This document shows positions 26,250-39,481 of a stretch of DNA of 58,420 bases, piece by piece. The notes beneath the pieces are model-generated. The model did no database searches. It was not told where the DNA came from and worked only from the letters and a program-made list of their open reading frames with translations. The DNA comes from Octopus sinensis. Its lineage: Eukaryota. Position numbers and translations under genes: made by a program. The DNA lies in contig NW_021833107.1 in assembly GCF_006345805.1 (NCBI RefSeq), positions 1 through 58,420 on the forward strand. Reading direction: 5' to 3'. Position 1 is the first letter of the stretch; each line of letters begins with the position of its first letter.

Positions 26250-26794
26250 CAGGGCTATTCAAAAAGAAAGTGTAGTTTTCAAATTTACTTTTAAAACAAC
26301 CGGTAAGAGACACAAACATATTCTACATATTTCTTGATAGGGGAAGGTTTAAAGTTGATAACTGATCATGATTAATTGAATTAAGCCTTAAATAAAATAA
26401 TATTTTAATTTCGTTTTAATGTTTCATTTTGTTCATTTTATTTAAAGTTGTATAATTATCATTTGTGTAATCCCTTAGAGAATGGCGACGCCACAAGAAA
26501 AGCTTGCTGCAGTTTGTGAAATGCGAATCGATTTTACAAGTGCAACGTGAATTCCGCCGCCAATTCAGTAAAAATCCACCTCGTCCAAAGCAACTTGAAG
26601 AATGGCATAAAAGTTTTGCAGGAAAAGGTTTCGATATTTGTCGAGCAACACATGGTGCTCATGTTGAGTGCATACTACCTTAAAATAAACTTTAAACCTT
26701 CCCCTATCAAGAAATATGTAGAATGTGTTTGCGTCTCTTACCGTCTGTTTTAAAAATAAATTTATGATCTGCTCTTTCTCTTTGAATAACCCTA
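26250..26794 (+). mobile_element. Deleted Tc1/mariner element (DD41D/rosa-like) with about 110-bp TIRs
   Basis: TA|CAGGGCTATTCAAA...GGGGAAGGTTTAAAGTT is inverted at AACTTTAAACCTTCCCC...TTTGAATAACCCTA|TA; internal MATPQEK..LQFVKCESILQVQREFRRQFSKNPP resembles the N-terminal HTH of DD41D transposases. Confidence 0.85.
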
Positions 26795-26800
26795 TATATT

Positions 26801-27048
26801 GTACGTATATTGTAACGACCGTGGAAGCATATAGGCAAGTGTTATGTGTGTTGATATTGCTTGCATTTGGATCTATGGAAGAATCTAAAGGTGCGAGAGA
26901 ATTTATGTTTACATGTAGAGAACGTTTTGTGTTGTTTATTACGTAATTGTGGTTTATTGAGTGATTGTAATTTCCTGTATCCAAATGCAAGTAAAATCAG
27001 CACATGACACTTGCCGATATGCATTCACGGCCGTTACAATATACGTAC
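26801..27048. mobile_element. MITE with about 70-bp imperfect TIRs
   Basis: GTACGTATATTGTAACG(A)CCGTG...CTTGCATTTGGAT versus ATCCAAATGCAAG...CACGGCCGTTACAATATACGTAC. Confidence 0.8.
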
Positions 27049-27339
27049 GTTTTTTGTCTCTTCTCTATCAACATAAGTATCTTAGAAGCTAGCAAGCTGT
27101 AATAATCTATTTTTAAGTTTTTAATTTTTTATTTTAATTTTTAAGCTATAACATTTTAAAACTTTAATTTTTAATTTTTAATTCTGTAATATGGATCTTT
27201 TATCCATTTAATTGTATTTTTATCCTATTTAGACTCCCTTAAGCTAAGCATCTAATGTTACCTATTCTACTGACCACTGAATTGAATTTTCTTTCTGACT
27301 ATACCGAACCTATAATTCATCTGTTTAATTAATAGACGT

Positions 27340-27638
27340 GGAGGCGCAATGGCCCAGTGGTTAGGGCAGTGGACTCGCGGTCGTAGGATCGCGGTTTCGA
27401 TTCCCAGACCGGGCATTGTGAGTGTTTATTGAGCGAAAACACCTAAAAGTTCCACGAGGCTCCGGCAGGAGGTGGTGATCCCTGCTGTACTCTTTCACCA
27501 CTCTTTCTCCCACTCTTTCTTCTGTTGGCCTGCTCGCCTAGCCAGCGGGGTTGCGTCATTCGAAGGCTAAAACAATGCGAAAGCATTGTGACCAGCGATG
27601 TGTAACTACATCTGATGGACTGGTCGGAAAGAAAAAAA
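27340..27638 (+). mobile_element. tRNA-derived SINE family C (Arg-TCG-like head) with A-tail and 13-bp TSD
   Basis: GGAGGCGCAATGGCCCAGTGGTTAGGG...GGTTTCGATTCCC; TSD AATTAATAGAC(G/A)T at 27327-27339 and 27639-27651. Confidence 0.92.
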
Positions 27639-27739
27639 AATTAATAGACATAAACGCCTTCCTCCTTCACTTTGCGAAAACGTTAACGTCTGACCTCTCA
27701 CCCCGAACCGACCCTTATGAAGAATAATACTGGCATCTT

Positions 27740-27870
27740 GAGCTGGCAGAATCGTTAGCTCGCCGGGTGAAATGCTTAGAGGCATTTCGTCTGTCGCTAC
27801 ATTCTGAGTTCAAATTTCGCCGTGGTCGACTTTGCCTTTCATCCTTCGTGGGCAATAACGAAATAAATAC
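27740..27870 (+). mobile_element. SINE family A, 3' truncated
   Basis: Alignment to family A. Confidence 0.85.
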
Positions 27871-28009
27871 TGGCATCCTATCTTTATCTTTATTTTTTAT
27901 CTTATTTTATTTTACTTTCGCTCTCATTCATTCTTTCTCACACCTATTTCAATCCTTCCTTTTTTTTCACATATTCTCTCTTCTATTCACTCACTTAAAT
28001 CTATATTTG

Positions 28010-28470
28010 CCTACCTACGTGGGTCATTTTCATACTAGCTAATTCTACTCCTTCAACATCAACGCAACATTCAACATAATACCAAAATACTGCCTGGATT
28101 TACCTGGGATTGTTCCAAAGGGTCTATACCTTTACGGAAGTGCGGACCAACCTCCATACCCTCTGGAAGAAGGTGAGCTGTGAACTTTATTCTCCTGTCT
28201 GTATTCTTATATCTGCTGTTTTACCCTTTATTCTTATATCTACTATTTTATTCCTTTATAAACTGTGAATTTCCCTGTCTAGATCTTTCATACATACTCA
28301 CATTGTCTCTGATGACTGAATACCAAGGGTACGGACATGCTAGCCTATCACTTGGGATATCCCAGAAACACCTGTAAGACTTCAAATTCACCTTACCCTA
28401 ATTAGATATTCTAAACGACTTGAGATACCTGTCCTGCTTTGGTTTTTGTTGAGCTCTTTCTTCTAAAATA
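28010..28470 (+). mobile_element. Dispersed repeat, probable Penelope-like terminal region carrying a hammerhead motif
   Basis: Inverted copy at 25680-26120; hammerhead core at 28305-28380. Confidence 0.7.
28305..28380 (+). ncRNA. Type I hammerhead ribozyme-like motif
   Basis: GTCT-CTGATGA-[c tgaataccaag...cttgggatatccca, extended imperfect stem II]-GAAAC-acct-GTA-AGAC: stem I GTCT/AGAC, stem III AC/GT, cleavage triplet GUA. Confidence 0.65.
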
Positions 28471-28904
28471 ATATATTCCTGCTAATTCGGAAGCCGAATA
28501 CGTATCCCTAGCTCCAGCCTCAACTGTGAACTTGAAACCTAACGGATGACCAATCATAGCACTTACTCAGCTTACCTATTCGTTTAGATCACCAGTGAAC
28601 TGAAGCTCGCATATTACATATATATATATATAATATAGGAGGTTTAGTTACACTATCATCATATAAATAGTACTCAATGACGATATGAAATGGATCGTAT
28701 ATGTATGTAAAGCAATGCAAGCAACAACTTTTTATTTCTTATTTCAATAGAATTTCTTTCGAACTTCCCTTCTTCAGTCTTGCCCACATAGCATAGAAGT
28801 TCCACATTCCTCTACAGTCTTTTGTATTGCAAAACATACATTCATATTTTTGCACGAAACTATGGCTTCGATTTTTATTTTAGAGCTGAACAAGATATTC
28901 ATTT

Positions 28905-29292
28905 CTACTCTAAGTACAAGGTCCGAAATTATAGGGGAATGGGGGCAGTCGATTAGATCGACCCCAGTACGCAACTAGTACTTAATTTATTGACCTACGA
29001 AGGATGAAAGGCAAAGTTGACTTCCGCAGAATTTGAACTCAGAACATAAAGACAGACGAAATACCTATTTCTTTACTATCCACAAGAGGCTAAACACAGA
29101 GGGGACAAACAAGGACAGACAAACAGATTAAGTCGATTGTGTCGACCCCAGTGCGTAAGTGGTACTTATTTAATCGACCCCGAAAGGATGAAAGGCAAAG
29201 TCGACCTCGGTGGAATTTGAACTCAGAACGTAACGGCAGACGAAATACGGCTACGCATTTCGCCCGGCATGCTAACGTTTCTGCCAGCTCAC
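28905..29292 (-). mobile_element. SINE family A, dimeric form
   Basis: Two tandem cores; same layout as 41551-41935 and 42461-42860. Confidence 0.9.
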
Positions 29293-29334
29293 CACTTAGG
29301 GGTGAACAAGATATTAAGTAATTCATAAATTAAA

Positions 29335-29790
29335 GACAGTGTTTGTTAAATTGTTTTATATGTATTGGGTTGATTAGGAACTGTTTTTCTCTTGAGGTAC
29401 GATGAGATTTTATATTAGTCTTGAGATTAAACGTCAAAGGGGATGGGAACCACATTATGTTACGGTATCTTTTCTTAATTGTGGTGGGTGTGGATTTGAG
29501 TAAGTTGGTAATTATCTCTTTGAATCCATAAGGTAAATCATTTAGTCTTTACTTGAGTAAAAATATGAAACTTGGAGATCCTAAAAATATTCCAGAGAAA
29601 ACAATGCGTGGGAGGTATGAACCTGTGTTATAATACATGAGTTTTCATTAGATTTTCTGAAAGGTTTTCGTAAGTTAGAGGTTAAAACTAGATACCATCA
29701 AAGAAGTCTACTAGTTTTATGTCAGTAGTTATAGTTATATTTAGACCAAAAGTTACGACTGTGTTTATAATATCCTTCTCTAATGAGTCA
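29335..29790 (-). mobile_element. Highly decayed Penelope-like element, RT C-terminus and linker
   Basis: Minus strand gives FGLNITITTDIKLVDFFD (cf. GLKITI..N.KIVNFLD) and RYRNIMWFPSPLTFNLKTNI (cf. RNIIWFNPPFS.NVKTNIG) typical of Penelope-like ORFs. Confidence 0.65.
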
Positions 29791-30341
29791 AATATATATT
29801 CCGTTGGCGCTTGTTTTATATAGTTAACATGATCAAACAAACAACAGTATCATATTTCTGAACCCAGTTCGAAACTGGAAGGATTTGCTAGCTTGCCTTA
29901 TAATCTCAATATCGTTACGTTTTCACTTATTGAAGTGAATCTTAAAGCACCGGATAGTAAAGATATGGAGATCAAACGGAAAGATTCAACAACCTTTAAG
30001 TGAACAAATCTAGCGATTTACATTGATATGATTAAAGCGGTTCATGATAGTATTACTAATAATACCAAAAATATTCCCAATCTCGTATTTTGATATTATT
30101 ACTTTGAAGAAAATATTTTTCAGTATTTTTCAATTCTTGTGAATGTATAAATCTACATGCGGATTTGGAAAACTGGAATGAGCAGACTAAATTTGAATCC
30201 TATCCATATTACACACGCACACGCACACAGGCACACAGGCACACAGGCACACAGGCACACACACACACAAGCACACGCACACGCACACAGGCATACGCAC
30301 ACACACATACACACACATACCACACAATTATATATATGTAT

Positions 30342-30745
30342 TTATTCTTTTAACTGTTTCCGAAAATTGACTGCGGCCATGCTGGAGCACCGACTTTAGT
30401 CGAACAATTCGACCGCATGACTTATTCTTTGCAAGCCTAGTAGTTATTCTATCGGTTTCTTTAGGCCAAACCGTTAAGTTACGGGAGAGATAAATCCACC
30501 GCCATCGGTCGTCAAGCGATGGGGGCAAACATAGACACACAAATACATACATATATATATATATACATATACATATACATATACATGTACATATATACGG
30601 GCTTCTCTCAGTTCCTGTGTACCAAATCCACTTACAAGGCTTTCGTCGGCCCAAGGGGCTATAGTAGAAGACACTTGCCCAAGGACTCAACCCGGAACTA
30701 TGTGGTTGGGAAGCAAGCTTCTTACCACACAGTTACTCCTCTGCC
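30342..30745 (-). mobile_element. SINE family B
   Basis: Alignment to 14128-14530. Confidence 0.88.
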
Positions 30746-31006
30746 TGTGTATATATGTGTATATATGTATATATATACATGGTTAATCGTAGAGCAAAGT
30801 CATTTGGCAACCAGAGTGTTTTAATGCATCTTTCCTTTTTACGCATGTGCTATTGTTGAAAAGGGCAATGCAAGCTGCATTTATCTCCGCTTTTAAACAG
30901 TTAAAACGCCCGTCTGTTATTTATATGTACATTTGAAAAGGTGATAGTGTATCAAAACAGCGTCAGTGCCTTTAGTGTCCTATAGATCGCAAAAAGATTG
31001 AAATAC

Positions 31007-31042
<36 letters not shown>

Positions 31043-31077
31043 TTTATGTGCGTATTTGTGTATGTGTGTGCATGCGA

Positions 31078-31125
<48 letters not shown>

Positions 31126-31194
31126 TATATTATATATATATATATATACATCCATTCATACATACATCCATCCATTCATACTTACATATATACA

Positions 31195-31225
<31 letters not shown>

Positions 31226-32145
31226 CAAAATATCCTTTTTTACTTAACCAAGCAATATCCGCTGATAAAAATGATTTGTGATTCCTGAAGGCAAATCAGC
31301 AAATCAGCAAAAGAGGAAAGAAAGAAACAGGAACACTCCAGAGACACATTCACTTCTTACGATAGCAGTAGCGACGTTGGTAATGGCGGTGATGGTGAGG
31401 TTTGTCGTGGCTGCGTCTTTGTCATCGTAATTGAAGCCCTGTTAAAGTGGTTTTAATGGCGGTTGTGGTGTCACGTTAGTTGTAATGGCCGTGGTGGCTA
31501 TAGTTATGTTTGGAGCTCTCTGACTGACTTCAACAGCTGCCAAAATATTTATATATGAGGATAGTATTACTCAGTGTATTCCAAGGAATTGGACTGATTT
31601 CATACATCATCTCATTTCAATTTGAACATATTGAAGGCATTTAGCTGTATACAACTATTAGATTCTCTCCCTCGTATATAGATTATTTACGCATATATCT
31701 TCTTTCACACTTTCACTTGGTTTTTTTCTCTCCTTTATCTCAATTTCGCTCCTTCTCCCCATTTATTTACCTCCCTGCCTTCAGCTCTAGGCCGATCTTA
31801 CTCTATTTCTCTATGTTCCTTTTGCTGATACAGACAAATTACTTGCATATTTATATGTGTATATACATGCGTGTGCGAAAGTAAGAAACAAAGAGAGTGA
31901 GGGAGTATGTATGTATGCATGTATATGCGTCAGTTATCTACTCTGTCAGTATACGAATAAATGTGATTCTACATGGCTATAAGTAGTTTAACTCTTATTT
32001 CTAGTAATATACGTTCATGTAGCACATACAGTCACAATTACTGACGGCCACAAGTTGCCGATACGGTTTATATTGCACCCAGCTGCGCACATAGCTTTTA
32101 TACTATATATGTGTGTTGTGTGTGTGTGTGTGTGTGAATGTGTGC

Positions 32146-32184
<39 letters not shown>

Positions 32185-32734
32185 CTTTTTTTGTCATTCG
32201 CTTAGTCGCTTCACTCACTGGACTGTATCTTTGCTGAAGCACGCCGTGTAAACTACGATATAACAGAGTTTCCACAATTTTTTTAACTGACTGGTAGTTA
32301 ATTTTATAGACTTTGTACTGAGAAAAGATAAAAGATAATGTTTGCCGCGACAGGAGTTGAAATCAGATGCCAAGGGGCGTAACCACATGCCATAACATAC
32401 TTCATCTGATGTCCTAATGATTCTACAATGCTAGTGACACACACAAAGGCTGCCATTATGCTTGTATCTAGAGATTGAAAATAAATAGTCAATATGTTTT
32501 TATAATGCTTTTCCTAAATAGATAAAAGATAACAAATCATGCGGAAGCCAACACAGAAAATTTACGAAATTCCATTACACAAGTGTTACTCACCTTATCG
32601 CTCCTAGAGGGGATGAGAAGCAGCGAAGACGTCGTTTTTAAAAAAAAAATTAACTGAGTACGTAATGGGACGTCACTAATTCTCACATGGCATTTTGTCC
32701 GATGCTCTATCGCTTCTCATAACCGAGGTTAATA

Positions 32735-32853
<119 letters not shown>

Positions 32854-33280
32854 AGACGTACGATATGATCCCACATTCTTAGATTATAGAATGTATGAAT
32901 GTATTTGGTATTGCATCGAGTGTTGAGCGATTGCTTGGAAAAAGTATGGCAAAGTGGAGGACAGACCTGACAGCATATGGAAGAAGTTTAGGGACAACAG
33001 AAATCAGAAGAGGCATCTTCCAAGGGGACTGTCTGCTCCCACTGATCTTTGTACTGTGCTTGATACCACTGACACTGATTCTGAGGAAAGCAAAAGCTGG
33101 GTACATGGAACAAATAGGGGCTGTAATAAAGGTGGAGGACTTGCAGAAAACAACACTGCTTGGAACCGCTGGAATACTGCGGAAGGTGCTCGAAAAATAA
33201 GGGATGTTACCTTAGTTCACTAGAAGTGAACAGCTGACACCGTAGTAACATCTCCAGCGTTAGAAGCTGTGCAAGAGCAA
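32854..33280 (+). mobile_element. Internally deleted R4/Dong-like LINE between (TAA)n and (GAA)n
   Basis: ORF 32895-33200 joins RT motif IRRGIFQGDCLLPLIFVL directly to the C-terminal LQKTTLLGTAGILRKVL; short 3' UTR. Confidence 0.85.
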
Positions 33281-33345
33281 GAAGAAGAAGAAGAAGAAGA
33301 AGAAGAAGAAGAAGAAGAAGAAGAAGAAGAAGAAGAAGAAGAAGA

Positions 33346-33670
33346 ATGGCGGCTCATACGACTGTAAAGGTCACTTACTGATCAATAAAGCCATAACTGA
33401 AGACAACCTCAGAAAGAAGAAGGGCCTAAGTGTAGCTTGGATCGATTACCGAAAGGCTTTTGATAGTATTCCCCACACATGGATCCTAGAAACACTAGCC
33501 ATGAACCAGATAGAAAGGATGATCATAAAATATATAAAACTTTCCATTAATAAATAGCACAAAAGAGGGACTCATAAAAACCAAAGTCATCCCCATTAGA
33601 AGAGGAATATTCCACGGAGACACGTTCTCTCCTCTCCTTTTTCTGCTTGGCACTGACACCCTTATCTTGT
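33346..33670 (+). mobile_element. RT fragment of a second R4/Dong-like LINE
   Basis: GSYDCKGHLLINKAI...LSVAWIDYRKAFDSIPHTWILETL and IRRGIFHGDTFSPLLF. Confidence 0.85.
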
Positions 33671-33794
33671 TTAGCTAAGTTTAAAAAAACAAATAATAAT
33701 AAAAATGATGATGATCATCATCATCATAATAATAATAATGATAATAATCATAATTATAATAATAATAATAATTATTATTATTATTAATAATAAT

Positions 33795-34345
33795 TTCTGA
33801 CCTTAACTGATTGGAAGTGTTATTTCTGATCTTAACTGATTGGAAGTGTTATCATGTACGTTGTTTTGTCTTGGTATAAAAGATGGGCTACAGCAAATAT
33901 TCTGCTCAATACCACAGATTTGTTTGTCGGTTGTTTGACCATAACCAGTTGAACATGTCCCTTAGTGGCTGACGACATGTGCATCTCTGATCATGAGCAG
34001 AAGTAGTGGGGGAGCATCATAGCCATGTGTTGAGAGGGATTCTTTGGGGATTGAATAATTCACATCTGGGAACATGGGTGTTTCGTTCAACATCCTTAAA
34101 CAGCCCTTATTCATGGACCATTTGAGCAGGATGGGCTACTCGACCAGAAGAAATTTCTAACTGGGCCCCACCTGCAAGGTCATGTGCTGTTTATCTTGAT
34201 ATGAGATCACCATGTCGCGCACATATGGTTGTGATGCATGTGCCTAGTGTACCCTTATCAGACGGGTAGTCATGATGGGTATACTGGGTTTCGTATATTT
34301 TACCCCAGTGTCATTTTGATGGCATGCACTGCTCTCGCACTCAAT
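33795..34345 (+). mobile_element. Non-coding retroelement 3' region embedded in (TAA)n
   Basis: Complex sequence bounded by (AAT)n on both sides, ending CGCACTC(AAT)n; a short tandem duplication at the 5' end; family assignment inferred. Confidence 0.5.
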
Positions 34346-34389
34346 AATAATAATAATATTAACAATAATGATGATAATAATGATAATCC

Positions 34390-34790
34390 TTTCTACTATA
34401 AGCACACGCGGCCTAAAATGTTACATCGACTCCAATACTCAATTGGTACTTATTTCATCGACACCGAGAGGACGAAAGGCAAAATTGACCTCGGTGGAAT
34501 TTGAACTTAGAAGGTAAAGACCGACGAAAAGCAAAGGCCACTCCAGCGGAATATAAACTCCGAACGTAAAGACGGATGAGCTGCAGCTATGCTTTTTGTC
34601 CGGTGTGCCAATGATTCTTCCTGCTCATAATAATTGTTTCAAATGTTGGCACAAGGCCAGCAATTTTAATGACAGAGGTTTAGTCGATTTCATCGACTGA
34701 TACAGGTACTTTATTTTATCGACCCCAAAAGCATGGAAAGTAAAGTTGGCCACCTTAATATTTGAACTAAACATGTAAACAGCTTGAAAA
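34390..34790 (-). mobile_element. Two or three degenerate SINE family A copies
   Basis: Reverse-complement cores at about 34445-34530 and 34705-34770. Confidence 0.7.
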
Positions 34791-34932
34791 TGTTGCGAAG
34801 CCTTTTTCTTCCGTCTGACATCACAATTTTGTCAATGGTTTATCAGCCATAACTTTTAAGTGAAAAATGACTCTCCAGTTCTTAGGGAGTGTTCTAAACA
34901 TTTATACATGCGTATAGACGACTATGTGAATT

Positions 34933-35070
34933 ATGTGGCCCAGTAGTTAGGGCAGCGGACTCGCGGTCGGAGGATCACGGTTTCGATTCCCAGACCAGGC
35001 GTTGTGTGTGTTTATTGAGCGATTGCTTGGAAAAAGTATGGCAAAGTGGAGGACAGACCTGACAGCATAT
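34933..35070 (+). mobile_element. SINE family C head fused to 56 bp of Dong-like LINE sequence
   Basis: 34933-35022 matches the family C head; 35015-35070 is identical to 32923-32978. Confidence 0.85.
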
Positions 35071-35184
35071 TATACATGATTATATATGATTATATATGTA
35101 TGACTATATACATAAGCATACATACTTTCAAACACATATACACACACATGTATGTAAATACATACATATATATATACACACACA

Positions 35185-35220
<36 letters not shown>

Positions 35221-35536
35221 ATATATGTGTTCGTGTACGCACAGAATATGAGAAGAAACTGTTTTAATTTCCAAATTTTTCTGATTTCCTTTATATTATT
35301 ATTATTATTATTTTCTAATTCTTAACTTTGAATTTGATATTTTTTAAAAGTCACTAAATGTAGCAAATATAAAAAATATAATACTTATCGTGTTCGCTTA
35401 AAGGGGGAAAAAAGGAAAAAAAATTTAAACACACTTCTGAGCTGTTGTCACGTTTACATTTTACCTACACACACACACGTGATCATCTTTTTAAGAGGTT
35501 AATATATCCTCTAATTAACACACACACACACAACAC

Positions 35537-35570
<34 letters not shown>

Positions 35571-35586
35571 ATATATATATATATAT

Positions 35587-35630
<44 letters not shown>

Positions 35631-35965
35631 GGTAGGTCCAAATTTATTAAAGAACAGCTGAGGAATTGTTGCTACTTAGGTATTTTCGAGCGTTTGGCGG
35701 TTTCTGTGTTGACTTCGTGATTAATGTATCTTGGTAATAAACACCTGTTTGGTCGATCTCAATTATCCACGGGGCTGTTGTGCTTTCGGTTGGCAAGGTT
35801 TATGTCAACTTCCAAACGAAAACAAATAAACACAAATATAATCCACATTCAGCAGATTTTGCTTCATTAAGACAGTAATGTGTGTGGAGCGAGAGTCATA
35901 ATGTTCACAGATGGTGTCAAGAGGAATTGCAGAGTTCTAACCCCAAACGTATTCCTGTTCAGATA

Positions 35966-36190
35966 TTCTTTTACTCTTTTACTTGTTTCAGTCATTTGAC
36001 TGTGGCCATGCTGGAGCACCACCTTTAGTCAAGCAAATCGACCCCAGGACTTATTCTTTGTAAACCTAGTACTTATTCTATCGGTCTCTTTTGTCGAACC
36101 ACTAAGTTACGGGGACGCAAACACACCAGCATCGGTTGTCAAGTGATGGGGGGGGGGCAAATACGGACACACAAGCACACACACACACAC

Positions 36191-36247
<57 letters not shown>

Positions 36248-36380
36248 GGCAGGCTTCTTTCAGTTTCCGTCTACCAATTCTATTCACAAGGCTTTGGTCG
36301 ACCCGAGGCTATAGTAGAAGACACTTGGCCAAGGTGCCACACAGTTAGACTGAACCCGGAACCATGAGGTTCGTAAGCAA
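35966..36380 (-). mobile_element. SINE family B
   Basis: Alignment to 14128-14530. Confidence 0.9.
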
Positions 36381-36741
36381 CACTCACGAGCACGACAGTA
36401 TTGAGTGAATTCTGTGTCTTTGTCACAAAATAAAAATATGGTTAAACAATGACAACTAGTCGCATAAATATTCTAAAAATATGACACAAATATCTTGAAA
36501 ATCAGAACGTAAAATTTGACGATCATATTTAGATGTATATTTCTGGCTTCTTAATTGATCTATCACTACTCTCAGAAAAAAAAATGAAAAAAAAAGAGAA
36601 AAATGAACAAATAAGTACAAAATAAAAACATTCACAGCTGGAAATTCGGGTTCATCTAAAGCTTTCAGTATTACTCTGAACTTTATTTATTGTACTGCAT
36701 GAAAACTTCTATTCCGAAATACATAGTTATATAGACAAATA

Positions 36742-37288
36742 CAGAGTGTCCCCAAAAAATGTATACACACCTTAAATAATTGTAAATTTGGGGTTTATTA
36801 TAATTCGAATAATTTTCAACATGTAAAAGAATTTACAAATATCATTCTATTGTCTTGTTATCGCATGTTCTCAAACTGATGTCCGTTCTGCTCCAGACAC
36901 TGCTGACAACGCGAAGCGATGGAATGGCACACATCATGGTACAATTCTCTTGGGATATTCGTACATTCATGTTCAATGGTTGCCCTCAATTGAACGACTG
37001 TTGCAGGTTTCTGTGCGTAGACTTTGTCTTTTAGGTATCCCCATAAAAAGAAGTCTAGTGGTGTGAGGTCTGGTGAACGTGGAGGGTATTTGACAAAACC
37101 TCTCCGTCCAATCGACCTGTTTGGCAAGATCCCATCAAGAAAGGATCTAACATCGCGATGGTAGTGTGAAGGTGCCCCATCTTTCTGGAAATAAAACTCT
37201 TCCTGTTCAAAGTCCTCTCTAATGCTTGGCATGACAGACTGTTGCAGCAAGTTCAAGTAATGTGTATACATTTTTTGGGGACACCCTG
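36742..37288 (-). mobile_element. Internally deleted DD41D (rosa/Visitor) Tc1/mariner element
   Basis: 28-bp TIRs CAG(A/G)GTGTCCCCAAAAAATGTATACACA with TA on both sides; ORF 36858-37271 has DGAPSH...[19 protein letters not shown] with 41 residues between the last two catalytic Asp. Confidence 0.92.
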
Positions 37289-37525
37289 TATATAAAGGTG
37301 AAATGCACCAATAGCATGTAATATTCCTGCGAACATGTCATACACTCATTCACATAAACAGAGGTCGAAACGGTGCGATAACTGTGTTTCACTTTGCAAT
37401 TATTATTGCCGAACAAAGGTCTGAAATCTTATTGCTTAGCTCTCATAGAGGTTCATTGATTTTGAAATGTGTTCAGTTTTGTCAAAATATTTGATCAAAT
37501 AAAAACACAAATGTGGACGAGTGAT

Positions 37526-37935
37526 TTAAAAGTTCGCTTTGCAACCACGTGGTTTTAGGTTCAGTCTCACTGCGCAGCAACTTGGGCAAGCTTCTTTTAC
37601 TCTAGCCTCTGTCCGACAAATGCCTTCTGAGAGACAGAAACTGTGCGTAAGTCTGTTGTATACATATGTGTGTGTGTGTGTACATGTGTGTAGGTGTGTG
37701 TGCGTGTGTGTCTTTGTGCCTCTCTCTTTTCCCACTACCGCTTTATAACCAGCGTTTGGTTTGTTTATGGCCCCGTAATTTAGCGATGCGGCAAAGGATG
37801 CCCATAGAATAAGTACCAAACTTAAATAAGTAAATGGTCAGCCTGTTCGACTAAACATGCCGGTTCACCTATAAGGTGGGGCACCAGCATGGCCGTATTA
37901 TAATGACTGAAACAAGTAAAAGATAAACGATAAAA
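37526..37935 (+). mobile_element. Old SINE family B copy
   Basis: Degenerate head, CTTGGGCAAG core, GACTGAAACAAGTAAAAGATA tail. Confidence 0.8.
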
Positions 37936-39481
37936 TATAAACACATAATGTCTTACAGAAACATAAAATCAAAAAATTTATATAAGAACAGCAGAAATGA
38001 ACTCGTGAAACAAGAACCATTACGTAAACTTCTTGGAGGCTACTCGGCATACTAAAACTAGCAACTAAATTTTCTTCACATTACATCTTGTTTTCTTGGA
38101 AAAAGAGAAGTTACGTTGGCTTATGAGTTCGAATATGATATAGGGCAGTAACGGTTCGACCTATCGCTAAATATCAGTAGCTATTTTCGAAGTGTAAACA
38201 TCCTGAAAATGAGTCTACACAATCTGATTATAAAACTTCAAAATGTTCTTCAGATTTTTCACCACCATTTCCCTCAGAAATTTATTTAGTGTCTGAACGT
38301 TGAATTCTTTCAATGTTATACTGAACTTTTCAGATCCTGTTAGTTGAAAACTACTTTAAACAAACACACTATTACATGTACAAATATATGTGAAGAGTGT
38401 ATGACTAAATGAAAAGGAAAGAGAAAGCGAACGAGTCCAGGAAAGAGAGGGAGAGAGAAAAAGAAAGAGAGAGAGAAATAGGAAAAGCAGGAGAACTGTT
38501 TTTTGTAGTTTATTTTTCTTGACAACTTTGTGACTAAGCAGGTGGTTGGTCTGAATATACACAAAAACTTCAAACAGGAAGAAAACACAAATTTCATATA
38601 TCCGTAGTTATATATGACGTGTATCTATTCATGAATACACGCGTGTATAGATAAATGCATATATGCATACATTCACATGCAGAACTACATAAATGACATG
38701 TATACATACGTTTTGTATATACATACAGATGAACTAGTTTAAATGCACTCATACACAGATTTGTTCATACGTAAATACATTTATATATATTTTATCTACA
38801 TGCATACGAACATACGTACATAACCGTGTGTGCGTTTGGAGTAAGTTCCTCGTGTGTATGAGTTTATCTTCCCCTCTTAGCGCAATTTCGCACTGTATGT
38901 TGTACATGAATAAATAAATAATTACAGTCGAGTTAGTCAAACACGTTTAGGATATCCGGTCGGAACCATTGCTTAAAAGAGGCGAGAGAGGGTGGATTGG
39001 GACGTAAGTTTAAATCGTTTGCTTTCAGCCAGAGAAACAGAAAGACTTAATTGGTGTAGGTTGATGAGTATTTAATTTAGTCGGGTCCGGGGGTGCTTTA
39101 CGCAGGACCTAACGTCAAATACAAAAAACTAAAAGGACTCTAGCGAAATAACAAACTTCACTGGGACTGAAGGAAAACAAATCCGTAAAAGTCTCGATTG
39201 TATTTGAATGTACAAAATGTCTGCTAGTGCAGGCTGAATGACAGACAGATATACACGCAAGAACACGTATGCACACTCATACACATACACATCCAAACAA
39301 GCAAAGAAACAAATTATGCATTTGTAGTGCAATTCATTTACATATCCAACCCCTGCAAAGAAATGCAATTCTTGATTATGTACATACATACAAACCCACA
39401 TACACCAACCCTTACATTCACACAGGCATACATATAAAGATATCTACGAGTTCAGGTCCTGGATTACGTGTGTGTGTGTGA

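Noticed and set aside
27340-27415. tRNA-Arg-like sequence (also 34933, 43500-43574 and 56921)
   Set aside because: Continues into a conserved SINE body with tail and TSD; acceptor stem does not pair, so not a tRNA gene
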